From positions 8,060,001 to 8,124,000 of the forward strand of contig OZ024765.1 in NCBI GenBank assembly GCA_964016885.1: a stretch of 64,000 bases of DNA, written 5' to 3'. This stretch comes from Eledone cirrhosa. Lineage: Eukaryota. The notes beneath the pieces are model-generated. The model ran no database searches. It worked only from the letters and a program-made list of their open reading frames with translations, and had not been told where the DNA came from. Shown here in pieces: positions 27,314-40,242 of this stretch (its first letter is position 1; every line of letters starts with the position of its first letter). The translations under genes were made by a program, and so were the position numbers.

Positions 27314-28196
27314 TTAAATTACATTTGTGATAGCATTTTACACGTTTTTGTTGAATCTAAACTTCCCCCTTTGTATTTGTCCCCTTCTTTTGTGCCCCTG
27401 TGGATAATAAAGAAACATATCTATCTATCTGTCTATGTCTGCTATGTCTGTCTGTTTGTCATAAATATAATTACTTGTGAAAGGTTATAGTTTGGGACAT
27501 AATACAACTATTTTGGTATAGGGGTATATAAACAAGTATATATATGTGTGTGTGAGTGTTTATATAAATATATATGTATATATATATGTGTGTATGTGTA
27601 TATATATATATGTGTGTGTGTAGCATATTAAATAGATATACACATATATAACAACCATATATCTATTAATAACTTCCCACCAGTTCAATGAATTCTGAAG
27701 CCAAAGAATCAAAAAGATGAATGAACGAAGAAACGGAATATGATTGGTTGAAAAATTGTTTAAATTGATGACGTCTTCATTCATTCATCTTTCTCACAAA
27801 CCATTTTATTCCTCCCCCTCCCCCTCTCTTTTTCTTTGTTTCTTTCTTTATTTCTTTATTTATTTACTATATTTATTTTTTTAATTTCATTTTATTTTAT
27901 TTTATTCGATATTTTTTTTCTTTTAGTTATTTATTTACTATTTTTTTTTTGTATTTTATGATATTTTTATTTTATTTTACTATTTTTTTATTTTCTTCGA
28001 TATCATTTTTATATGTTTTCGATATCATTTGTTGTATTTTTATGTTATTTAGATTTACGAGATGTTTAACATTGCCGAGGACTTGTGTAGGACGATATCA
28101 TATTTTCACTATAAATAATGCAAAACCTGTTAGATTCTGAATAGAATTTAACTAAAACAACAATAAATATATATATCTGATGATGATGATGATATC

Positions 28197-28369
28197 TATC
28201 ATCATCATCATTTTACGTCATTTTCCCTGCTTGCAAGGGTCCTATTCAGCACAGCATCTCTCCACTTGTCACGGTCCTTCGTCATCTCCTCCGTGAGCTT
28301 CAGTGATCTGAGGTCTGTTCTCACCACCTCCGCCCATGTTTTTCGTGGTCTTCCTCTACTGCGTCTTCC

Positions 28370-28372
<3 letters not shown>
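28197..28372 (-). mobile_element. RTE 3'-terminal fragment (same subfamily as 24424-24979)
   Basis: GRRSRGRPRKTWAEVVRTDL plus the same tail. Confidence 0.8.
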
Positions 28373-28423
<51 letters not shown>

Positions 28424-28571
28424 GTTTGAATATGTGTAATAAAGCCAAAACAATGTAGGTATGGACATAGAAAAAAGAATGCAATTGTAAAAGATATTGT
28501 TGACAATTCGTCCTTTACCTTAAATTTATTTATACCTCATTACACAATGCTTCAAGTGAACTATAACCTCC

Positions 28572-28603
<32 letters not shown>

Positions 28604-28714
28604 GTACGTATATATACACATATATTGTGTCGTCAAGTATGGAATTTGTAGACATTTTTTTTTCTACAAATATCTACAAATTTCATACTTGATGACCCAA
28701 TATATGTGTATATG

Positions 28715-28746
<32 letters not shown>

Positions 28747-28749
28747 TAC

Positions 28750-29075
28750 AGAAGACCCGACCCCCCCATGGGTACAAGACAATATGCCCCCACACCCTCC
28801 CACTGCAAAGTCGTTGTGGAGGTGCCACGACAAAAAAGCACCCAGCCCACACTGTAAAGTGGACGTGGAGGGGCCACGGAAAAAAAAGCACCCAGCCCTC
28901 ATTGTAAATGAGGTTGGTGTTAGGAAGGGCATCCAGCTGTGGAAATCAAGCCAGAAACAGTTCCCGTATGGGCAAGACAAGGTCAGCCGACTGGACACTG
29001 CCCACAACAGGAAAACCAATCGAACCCATGCTAGCGTGGAAGAACGGACGTAAAACGATGATGATGATGATGATG

Positions 29076-29112
<37 letters not shown>

Positions 29113-29405
29113 CTTTTTGTTGTGACATCTATACAACCACTTTACAGTGTGGACTGGGTGCTTTTTGTCGTGTCGCCATGACAAAAAGTACCCAGTCCAC
29201 ACTGTAAAGCGGTCATGTAGGTGTCACAACAAAAAGCACCCAGCACACATAGTAAATGATGTTGACGTTAGGAAGGGCATCCAGTTGTAAAAAAACAAGC
29301 AAAATCAGTTCTGTTTGAACAAGACATGATCACCTGACTTGACACTGCTCACAACAGGGCAACCGGTCTAACCCATGCTAGCGTAGAAAAATGGACAATA
29401 AACAG

Positions 29406-29439
<34 letters not shown>

Positions 29440-29445
29440 AATGAT
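28750..29445 (+). mobile_element. Two RTE 3'-UTR fragments
   Basis: AAAAGCACCCAG..GTTAGGAAGGGCATCCAG..AACCCATGCTAGCGT..(GAT)n present twice. Confidence 0.75.
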
Positions 29446-29780
29446 GACACAGGCACGAGCTTTATGATATATTAAGTAAAAACGATCTTGCCAATACAGG
29501 GATTGGCAGACATGTTGGTTTTAAGACTTGATATTGATCTAGTAATACATGTTATCCATTGTGTCAAAAATTTATCAGCAATCGGGGAAAGGGGAAAAAA
29601 ATGTCCACCTCCTTCTCCCCCCCCCCCCTCCAAATAAAGACGAGAGAACTCAGAATATGCAAATCAGCCTCTCAAAGACTTGTTTCTTTGCTGTATATTT
29701 TTAGAGACGACACAGAAACAACACCAACAACAGTAGCTATAAATAAAACTGAACAAGACACCAAAATAAATAAATATATG

Positions 29781-29848
<68 letters not shown>

Positions 29849-29879
29849 GTATATATATGTATATGTATATATATATGTG

Positions 29880-29942
<63 letters not shown>

Positions 29943-29975
29943 GTATATGTATATGTATATATATATATATATGTG

Positions 29976-30023
<48 letters not shown>

Positions 30024-30241
30024 CATATATATACATATATATTTATATACACATATATATATACACATATATATACATATATATATATACATATATATAC
30101 ATATATATTTATATACACATATATATATATATACACATATATATATACATATATATATATATACACATATTGTGTTGTCAAGTATGGAATTTGTAGAAGT
30201 TTGTTTTCTTTCTACAAATATCTACAAATTTCAAACACATA

Positions 30242-30308
<67 letters not shown>

Positions 30309-30569
30309 AAATATGTGTGTGTTGTGTATATTTTGTTAAAATGATAAATTGAACTCCTGAGAGTCTACGTGATAAAAATCAATAATTGTTTACACCACAA
30401 ACTGATAGATTTTCACTTTAGCCTTTTACTGTGCATCATTGGTATTGATTTATATACATGTGTATATATATATATGTGGGTGTGTATATATATATATATA
30501 CACACACATATACATAAATATATATATGTATATATGTATATATATATATATATATAAATACACACACAC

Positions 30570-30614
<45 letters not shown>

Positions 30615-30647
30615 CACACACACATATATACATATATATATATAAAT

Positions 30648-30680
<33 letters not shown>

Positions 30681-30723
30681 CACACACACATATACATATA
30701 TATATATATACACACACACATAC

Positions 30724-30773
<50 letters not shown>

Positions 30774-30778
30774 GTATG

Positions 30779-30940
<162 letters not shown>

Positions 30941-31705
30941 AATATACACATACAAACACACATATACATATATACACACACAAACACATACACACACATC
31001 GTCATCATCATCATCATCATCGTTTAATGTCTATCTTCCACGCTAGCATGGGTTAGACGGTATATATATATATACATATATATGTGTGTATATATATACA
31101 CACACACAAATGCAGACACATACAGACACACACAAATATATATATATATGTATGTATATAAATATATATCTCTCTCTATACACAATATATTAATAAATGG
31201 AAATGAAACTATATTTATAAAGCCATATTTATTTTATTATACATATTTCAAGGACACCAAAGCAAATTATGGTGCGCTTTCATCAAATAAAATACAGATT
31301 TGTTTTATAAATAAATATTGACATACCCGAAAAAAAAACAACCTTAACGGTTGGAGCTTCCTGGATAGTTGAATCCCAATAAATTAAATATAACCTCTGC
31401 ATATATCTCTCTATATATATAGGTATATAAATATATATCTCTCTATATATACATGTTTATAAATATATATCTCTCTCTATATGTATGTATATAAATATAT
31501 ATCTCTCTCTATATATATATTTTGAGTATATGTTGGTTGTTTACCGACACCTCAGTATGCAGATTGGAGCACTCGACGAAGTCCGCAGGTGATTCCAGTT
31601 CCTCAGAGAAATAACAACCCAACCAGGGGCTGGACATATCGATGTATTGACGGAGTAAAACACACTTCAACAACATGTGTACCTGTCTCTACCACACCAA
31701 TTCGG

Positions 31706-31760
31706 ACTGCCTGAAGAGGTCACAGCCAATGATGGCTGTCACCGAAATATATATAGCAGT
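31706..31760 (+). ncRNA. Type-I hammerhead ribozyme motif
   Basis: actgc|CTGAAGA|ggtcacagcca-atga-tggctgtcacc|GAAA|tatata|TA|gcagt: stems I and II pair; palindromic stem III. Confidence 0.85.
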
Positions 31761-31835
31761 ACATCTTTAATAAACAAAGCCAAATTTTAAATATTTGACT
31801 TAATTATTTTCTCTCTCTCTCTCTCTCTATATATA

Positions 31836-31913
<78 letters not shown>

Positions 31914-31918
<5 letters not shown>

Positions 31919-32805
31919 AACAACATAAGGCATATCCTGGCGTATTTATTTTTGTAAATATATATTTATGTAATAAACAACATAAGGCATATCCTGGCGT
32001 ATTTATTTTTGTAAATATATATTTATGTAATAAACAACATAAGGCATATCCTGGCGTATTTAATTTTGTAAATATATATTTATGTAATAAACAACATAAG
32101 GCGTATCCTGGCGTATTTATTTTTCTAAATATATATTTATGTAATAAACAACATAAGGCATATCCTGGCGTATTTATTTTTGTAAATATATATTTATGTA
32201 ATAAACAACATAAGGCATATCCTGGCGTATTTATTTTTGTAAATATATATTTATGTAATAAACAACATAAGGCATATCCTGGCGTATTTATTTTTGTAAA
32301 TATATATTTATGTAATAAACAACATAAGGCGTATCCTGGCGTATTTATTTTTCTAAATATATATTTATGTAATAAACAACATAAGGCATATCCTGGCGTA
32401 TTTATTTTTGTAAATATATATTTATGTAATAAACAACATAAGGCATATCCTGGCGTATTTATTTTTCTAAATATATATTTATGTAATAAACAACATAAGG
32501 CGTATCCTGGCGTATTTATTTTTGTAAATATATATTTATGTAATAAACAACATAAGGCATATCCTGGCGTATTTATTTTTCTAAATATATATTTATGTAA
32601 TAAACAACATAAGGCATATCCTGGCGTATTTATTTTTGTAAATATATATTTATGTAATAAACAACATAAGTCATATCCTGGCGTATTTATTTTTCTAAAT
32701 ATATATTTATGTAATAAACAACATAAGGCGTATCCTGGCGTATTTATTTTTGTAAATATATATTTATGTAATAAACAACATAAGGCATATCCTGGCGTAT
32801 TTATT
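31914..32805. repeat. 57-bp satellite, ~15.6 copies
   Basis: Unit TAATAAACAACATAAGGCATATCCTGGCGTATTTATTTTTGTAAATATATATTTATG. Confidence 0.97.
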
Positions 32806-32847
32806 GACGTTTTTTAAAATCCAACGTCAATAAATACGCCAGGATTT

Positions 32848-32908
32848 TTTCATTCTGATGATTGAAAGCAAAATTTTTTTGCTTTTAAGAAACCACTGGT
32901 AAATGAAA
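32848..32908 (+). ncRNA. Type-I hammerhead ribozyme motif (GUA triplet)
   Basis: tttcatt|CTGATGA|ttgaaagcaaaa-ttt-ttttgcttttaa|GAAA|ccactgg|TA|aatgaaa. Confidence 0.82.
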
Positions 32909-33075
32909 TAATTGCCTTATGTTGTTTATTACATAACTATTAAGCTCTGTTACCTACATAGAGCACTCTTTTTTCCTGGACTTTTCCAACGGAATTACTT
33001 CACATATATATATATATATATATATACAATATATATATATATATATATATACAATATATATATATATATATATAT

Positions 33076-33111
<36 letters not shown>

Positions 33112-33150
33112 ATATTAACAAATGGAAACTATATTTATAAAACCATATTT

Positions 33151-33214
33151 ATTTTATTATACATATTTCAAGGGCCACCAAGGCAGATTATCGTGCGCTT
33201 TCATCAGATAAAAT
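33151..33214 (-). ncRNA. Type-I hammerhead motif (sister copy at 31231-31293 on - has the core mutated to TTGATGA)
   Basis: Minus strand attttat|CTGATGA|aagcgcac..gtggccctt|GAAA|tatgta|TA|ataaaat. Confidence 0.68.
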
Positions 33215-33459
33215 ACAATACAGATTAGTTTTATAAATAAATATTGACATACCCTGAAAAACTGCAACCTGAACGGTTGGAGCTTCCTGGATAGTCAGAT
33301 ATATATATGTAATGTGGTCGTATAGGTAACACAGTAAAAACCTCCCAGTCCACACTGTAAACGTGGTTGGTGTTAGGAAGGGCATCCAGCCGTAGAAAAC
33401 CTGCCAGATAGTCCTATATGAGCGAGACATGGTCACCCGACCAACATTGCCTCAAGTTT

Positions 33460-34404
33460 ATGTGTATGTGTGTATCAGTGTGTGTATGTGTGTATGTGTG
33501 TATCAGTGTGTGTATGTGTGTATCAGTGTGTGTATGTGTGTATCAGTGTATGTATGTGTGTATGTGTGTATCAGTGTGTGTATGTGTGTATCAGTGTGTG
33601 TATGTGTGTATCAGTGTATGTATGTGTGTATCAGTGTGTGTATCAGTGTGTGTATGTGTGTATCAGTGTGTGTATGTGTGTATCAGTATGTGTATGTGTG
33701 TATCAGTGTGTGTATGTGTGTATCAGTGTGTGTATGTGTGTATGTATGTGTGTATCAGTGTGTGTATGTGTGTATCAGTGTGTGTATGTGTGTATCAGTG
33801 TGTGTATGTGTGTATCAGTATGTGTATGTGTGTATCAGTGTGTGTATGTGTGTATCAGTGTGTGTATGTGTGTATCAGTGTATGTATGTGTGTATGTGTG
33901 TATCAGTGTGTGTATGTGTGTATCAGTGTGTGTATGTGTGTATCAGTGTATGTATGTGTGTATCAGTGTGTGTATGTGTGTATCAGTGTGTGTATGTGTG
34001 TATCAGTGTATGTATGTGTGTATCAGTGTGTGTATCAGTGTGTGTATGTGTGTATCAGTATGTGTATGTGTGTATCAGTGTGTGTATGTGTGTATCAGTG
34101 TGTGTATGTGTGTATCAGTGTGTGCAAGTGTGTATCAGTGTGTGTATGTGTGTATCAGTGTGTGTATCAGTGTGTGTATGTGTGTATCAGTGTGTGTATA
34201 TGTGTATCAGTGTATGTATGTGTGTATGTGTGTATGTGTGTATCAATGTGTGTATGTGTGTATCAGTGTGTGCATGTGTGTATGTGTGTATCAGTGTGTG
34301 TATCAGTGTGTGTATGTGTGTATCAGTATGTGTATCAGTGTGTGTATGTGTGTATCAGTGTGTATATGTGTATCAGTGTATGTGTGTGTATCAGTGTATG
34401 TGTG
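33460..34404. repeat. (GTGTGTATCA-GTGTGTAT)-type minisatellite
   Basis: Mostly ~20-bp period with a TATCAG marker. Confidence 0.9.
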
Positions 34405-35601
34405 ATTTATGAGAGTTCAAAACATTTTTCTTTCATTGAATCAATTACGACAACCCCACCACCAACCCCACAACCACCACCACTACACCACCACCACCAA
34501 CAACAACAACAACACCACCAATACTACCACCACCAACAACCCCACCACCAACCCCGCCACCAATACCACCACCACTACACCACCAACAACCCCAACACCA
34601 CTACCACCACTTTGATGATCAATTAAATAAAAATATGCAAAGATAGTTAATTATATAATTAACGATCTTTAATCAATTAATAAACTGGACATTGAAGGAG
34701 TGGATCGTAAACTTGAGGGAATAATTAGCGACAAGTCAATAACATTGCAGACTAATTAACAACCGGACTAATTAAATATTGAATACTGTGGTCAATATAA
34801 TTGACAGGATAGTCGTTTAAATATGGTGGACTGCTCCAGCTTGGTCACGACCTAATTAGAGTGTATTGCTTATATTTTTATAAATACTAGGGGTTTTTTT
34901 TCAACACACTGGTGTGTGTGTGAGTATGTGTGTATGTGTGTGTATGTGTGTATGTGTATGTGTGTATGTGCATATGTATATGTGTGTATGTGTGTGTATG
35001 TGTGTGTGTTTGTGTTTATGTGTGTGTGTGTGTTTATGCGTGTATGTCTTTATGTGAGTTTGTGTGTATGTGTGAGTTTACGTGTGTGCGTGTATGTGTG
35101 TTTATGTATGTGTGTATGTATGTATTTATGTGTATATATGTGTTTATGTGTATATGTGTATGTATGTATGTGTTTATGTGTGTATGTTTGTGTATATGTG
35201 TGTATGTGTATATATGTGTGTATGTATGTATGTGTTTATGTGTGTATGTTTGTGTATATGTTTGTGTATATGTGTGTGCCTGTGTATATGTGTACATTTA
35301 TATGTATGAGTATATAAAAATAAATGTGCAAACACAGACACTTACAAAAATATACAAACACACACATACATTCACACAAACACACACATATATTCACACA
35401 AACACACACATATATTTACACAAACACACACATTGTGTGACGGACAGACAGAAGTCGCTCAAATTTATAAATTTCGCTTTTGTCTAGAGAAGTGGCACAA
35501 TGATTACAGTGCTGAATTCAAGACTATAAGGTTGTATGTTCAATTCTTGGTTTGAGCAGTGTATTGTATTACTGAACAAAATACTATATTTCTCATTGAT
35601 A

Positions 35602-35929
35602 CTTCTACCAGGAGTTGTGACAGACAGATAGTATCAGTAATGGAAAGACCAATGGAAACATCGTTTCCTTGGTCTGATCTGATGACCAGCTCCTTTCTTC
35701 TACCAGGAGTTGTGACTGACAGATAGTATCAGTAATGGAAAGACCAATGGACACATCGTTTCCTTGGTCTAATCTGATGACCAGTTCCTTTCTTCTGCCA
35801 GGAGTTGTAACTGACAGATAGTATCAGTAATAGAAAGACCAATGGAGACATTATTTCCTTGGTCTGATCTGATGACCAGTTCCTTTCTTCTGCCAGGAGT
35901 TGTGACTGACAGATAGTATCAGTAATGGA
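35602..35929. repeat. 95-bp tandem repeat, ~3.4 copies
   Basis: TTCT(A/G)CCAGGAGTTG at 35603, 35698, 35793 and 35888. Confidence 0.92.
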
Positions 35930-36012
35930 GTCTTCCTCGAGCAGTTATTGATGGTGCTGGTGATGATGTTAATACATTATAACATCTATACATATATATA
36001 TATATATATATC

Positions 36013-36049
<37 letters not shown>

Positions 36050-36284
36050 CATCATCATCATCAACGTTTAACGTCCGTGTTCCACGCTTGCATGGGTTTG
36101 GACGGGATATATATGTATATATATATATATATATACATACATAGATAAATACATATATATATACACACATAGATACATACATTTATACATATACACATAC
36201 ATATATATATACATACATTTATACACACATACATACATATATAAACACACATTTATACACACATATATACATATACGCACACAT

Positions 36285-37150
36285 ACATGCTTAGACAAAA
36301 ATTATAAAACCATAAGAACATACATTCATACAAACACACATTCATACATACACACTTACATACATACATATATGCATATAAATATACATATATACATACA
36401 TAAATATATACACACATACATATATATCGTATATACATACATACATACATACATATATATATATATATACACATACATACCTAGACTAAAATTATAAAAC
36501 CATAAGAACAAACATACATACATACACACACACAGACATACATACATACACACACATATATATATACATATATATATATATACACACATATATATCGTAT
36601 ATACATACATACATACATATATATATATACACATACATACCTAGACTAAAATTATAAAACCATAAGAACAAACATACATACATACACACACACAGACATA
36701 CATACATACACACACATATATATATACATACATATATATATACACACATATATATCGTATATACATACATACATACATACATATATATATATATACACAT
36801 ACATACCTAGACTAAAATTATAAAACCATAAGAACAAACATACATACATACACACACACAGACATACATACATACACACACATATATATATACATACATA
36901 TATATATACACACATATATATCGTATATACATACATACATACATACACATATATATATATATACACATACATACCTAGACTAAAATTATAAAACTATAAG
37001 AACAAACATACATACATACACACACACAGACATACATACATACATACACATATATATATACATATATATATACACACATACATACATATATATATATATA
37101 CACATACATACCTAGACTAAAATTATAAAACCATAAGAACAAACATACAT
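36285..37150. repeat. ~140-190-bp tandem units with a fixed core inside (CA/TA)n, 6 copies
   Basis: CTAGACTAAAATTATAAAACCATAAGAACA recurs six times. Confidence 0.88.
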
Positions 37151-37412
37151 ACATACACACACACATACATACATACACACACATATATATATATACATAT
37201 ATATATATATACACACATACATATATATCGTATATACATACATATATATATACATATATATACACACATATATATATTGTATATACACACATATATATTA
37301 TATAGATTCTATTGAAGAAAATAATGACTTTCTTTGATTCCAAGCATTTCACTCATTCATGTGAAACTACCGAGGTCTTTCCAGCGGAGATTTCGTTGAT
37401 AATAAATCAGGC

Positions 37413-37457
<45 letters not shown>

Positions 37458-39331
37458 GATAAGATGGTAATGGGGAATTGCAGGAGGAGACACACTGATC
37501 TTGCCATGGGATGGATAGACTACAGAAAGGCATTTGACATGGTGCCTCATTCCTGGATCACCAAAAGCCTGGAGATCTTCAGGGTGGCAGATAACATCAG
37601 ACAGTTGCTGGGCAGGAGTATGGGGTCCTGGGAGACAGAGTTGACATCAACTGGAGTATCCTTGGGAAGCGTGAAGATCAAGAGAGGTATCTTCCAGGGA
37701 GATAGCCTGTCCCCTCTGTTGTTTGTCCTTGCCCTGATGCCCTTGACCATTATGCTGCGAAAAGTGAGAGCAGGATACAAGTTGGGAAGGGGAGAGCTTA
37801 CCATCAATCACCTCCTCTTCATGGACGATCTTAAGCTCTTCGGGAAAAGTGAGAAGGAGTTGGATGTGCTTGTTGACACTGTCCGTATTTTCAGCAGTGA
37901 TATATGTATGCAGTTTGGTATTGGTAAATGTGGAGTCATTGTGATGAGGAGGGGTAGGTTGAGCAGAAGTAACGGGATCCAGATACCAACAGGTGAGATG
38001 ATAAAGGAAATTGACTCTGAGGAAGGATACAAGTATTTGGGCGTTCTGGAGGCTGATGGCATAAAGAACAAAAAAATGAAGGAATTGTTAAGAACTGAAT
38101 ACATTCGGAGAGTAAGGAGCGTATTGAAGTCACATCTGAACAGCAGAAATGCCATAAGCGCAGTAAATTCCCGAGCTGTGTCTATTATTAGGTACAGTGC
38201 GGGAATTCTGAGATGGAATGTTGCTGAACAAAAAGAAATGGATAGGAAGACTAGGAAGCTATTGACTATCTACAACATGTTCCACAAGAGGAGTGATGTC
38301 GATAGACTCTACCTAAGGAGATCTGAGGGTGGAAGAGGTCTTATCAGCATAGAGGACTGTGTTCAGATGGAGAAAAACAACCTATACAAATACGTGACCT
38401 ATAGTAAGGAGCCAATGCTCAGAGCTGTACTGAAGGAGGGGACAGTAGGCCAGGGGATACCCAAGGAGGAAATAACATCAAGGAGGAAGAGCAGCCTTAA
38501 GGGAAAATCCCTTCATAGTACCTTCTTTGAGAAAACTGAATTTAGAGATCCACAGACATGGAACTGGTTGAGAAGAGGAGACCTCAAAAAGGCTACAGAA
38601 GGAATGCTAATGGCTGCGCAGGAGCAGGCCCTCAAAACGAAGTGGTTGAAGCACCATATCTACAAGGAGGAGGCTGGCCCACTGTGCAGGATCTGTGGAG
38701 AGAGAGAGGAGACTGTGGCTCACATTGTGTCCGAGTGTAAACACCTAGCCCAGACCCACTATAAGGGCTGGAGACACGATGTGATGGGCAGGGTGATCCA
38801 CTGGCACCTGTGCAAAGTAAACAATCTACCACATTCTGAGAAATGGTATGAGCATAGGCCAGAGGCGGTGATGGAGAACAATCAGGTGAAGGTGCTGTGG
38901 GATTTTAGGATACAGACGGACAAAAAACTGGAACACAGTAGACCTGACCTGGTGGTTGTGGACAAAGAAAAAAGATCGTGCCTGATTGTGGATGTGGCCT
39001 GCCCGTTCGACACGAGAGTGCAAGAGAAGGAGAGGGAGAAAATTAACCGATACCAGGACCTAAAGTGGGAGGTGAAAAGGATTTGGAACTGCCATGAAGT
39101 CAAAGTGATCCCGATTGTCATAGGCGCACTGGGGACTATCTCCAAAGGTTTCCAGGGATGGTTAAAGAAAATCGGCCCCTTCACGCTTTTTGGAACGCTT
39201 CAAAAGGCATGCTTGCTTGGAACGGCAAGAACCCTCCGATACGTCCTGAATATCTGAGGCTGCAGGTAGTGGCTTGATATTCAATCCAACGGACTTTCCA
39301 GTTAACCAACATCAATGACTGAGATTCAAGG
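37458..39331 (+). mobile_element. R4/Dong-like element inserted in (TAA)n
   Basis: ORF above plus a ~75-nt 3' UTR; (AAT)n on both sides (37414-37457 and 39332-39362). Confidence 0.88.
37464..39257 (+). CDS. R4/Dong-clade non-LTR retrotransposon ORF (5'-truncated): RT, CCHC zinc knuckle and restriction-like endonuclease
   Basis: Uninterrupted 597-aa ORF with RT motifs WIDYRKAFDMVPH, GIFQGDSLSPLLF, HLLFMDDLKL and YKYLG, then RLYLRRSEGGRGL, CRIC-x8-H-x4-C and the RLE motif RPDLVVVD..IVDVACPFD..EKINRY. Confidence 0.93.
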   Translation: MVMGNCRRRHTDLAMGWIDYRKAFDMVPHSWITKSLEIFRVADNIRQLLGRSMGSWETELTSTGVSLGSVKIKRGIFQGDSLSPLLFVLALMPLTIMLRKVRAGYKLGRGELTINHLLFMDDLKLFGKSEKELDVLVDTVRIFSSDICMQFGIGKCGVIVMRRGRLSRSNGIQIPTGEMIKEIDSEEGYKYLGVLEADGIKNKKMKELLRTEYIRRVRSVLKSHLNSRNAISAVNSRAVSIIRYSAGILRWNVAEQKEMDRKTRKLLTIYNMFHKRSDVDRLYLRRSEGGRGLISIEDCVQMEKNNLYKYVTYSKEPMLRAVLKEGTVGQGIPKEEITSRRKSSLKGKSLHSTFFEKTEFRDPQTWNWLRRGDLKKATEGMLMAAQEQALKTKWLKHHIYKEEAGPLCRICGEREETVAHIVSECKHLAQTHYKGWRHDVMGRVIHWHLCKVNNLPHSEKWYEHRPEAVMENNQVKVLWDFRIQTDKKLEHSRPDLVVVDKEKRSCLIVDVACPFDTRVQEKEREKINRYQDLKWEVKRIWNCHEVKVIPIVIGALGTISKGFQGWLKKIGPFTLFGTLQKACLLGTARTLRYVLNI

Positions 39332-39366
39332 AATAACAATAACGATAATAATAATAATAATGATTT

Positions 39367-39868
39367 CATTTATTAGCCACAAGGGCCGACATGTAGGGGA
39401 CAATACAAAGACAGGGACAGTGGGGGGTTTACAATAAGGTGGAGTAAAAGTGCACAATGGCAAGACTAATTTAACAATGAAAATATAAAAATATAAAATA
39501 AACTATGCATAAATATAACAAAATAAATTCCCCGATAGGGGGTGGACGACCCTGGGGTGATTCGGGTACCCCACCAATCCTGAACCACCCTGCGCTTCTA
39601 GGGCACCCAGGGAGAGCACCCCTCTCCTCAAGTTAGCCAGCTATAGGCGCAAGGCCAGAGTAGGCCCATTCACACGAGCCATTCTCGCCACATTCACCCA
39701 CCTTTTAGCAAATGTACTGGGGGGCAGCACTTCTCTCTCCACCCTCACCCTCCTTTCCAGGTGAAACTTGAAGAAGTTGATGAGGGATTGGCCGAAGAGA
39801 AAAGTGTCTGTCTTTAGTCCTTTCAACCTGGTCCACCATATAATCTCTTTCGCAACTGCCACCAGACA
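39367..39868 (-). mobile_element. Tx1-like 3' fragment
   Basis: AVAKEIIWWTRLKGL..RWVNVARMARVNGPTL*; UTR holds a single copy of the 5.7-kb satellite unit. Confidence 0.82.
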
Positions 39869-40242
39869 TAATAATAATAATAATAATGATGATGATTTTT
39901 TTATTTAGGCACAAGGCCACCAATTTTGGGGGGAAGGGAAAGTCGATTAAATCGACCCTAGTGCGTTACTGGTACTCTGTATTATCGACTACGTAAGGAT
40001 GAAAAGCAAAGTTAACCTCAGCGGGATTTGAACTTAGATCATAAAGGGCCATAACTCTATTCCGCAAAGAATGTTGTCCGAAACTAATTACCAAAACTGC
40101 CAATCCAATAATAATAATAATAATAATAATAATAATTGTTTCAACTTTTGGCACAAGGTCAGCAATTACCCCAGTGTATTACTGGTACTTTATTTTATCG
40201 ACCCCGTAAGGACGAAAGGCAAAGTTAACCTCAGTAGGATTT

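Noticed and set aside
36285-37150. CRISPR-like pattern of a fixed ~30-bp core with variable spacers
   Set aside because: The spacers are homologous microsatellite tracts; eukaryotic context and no cas genes
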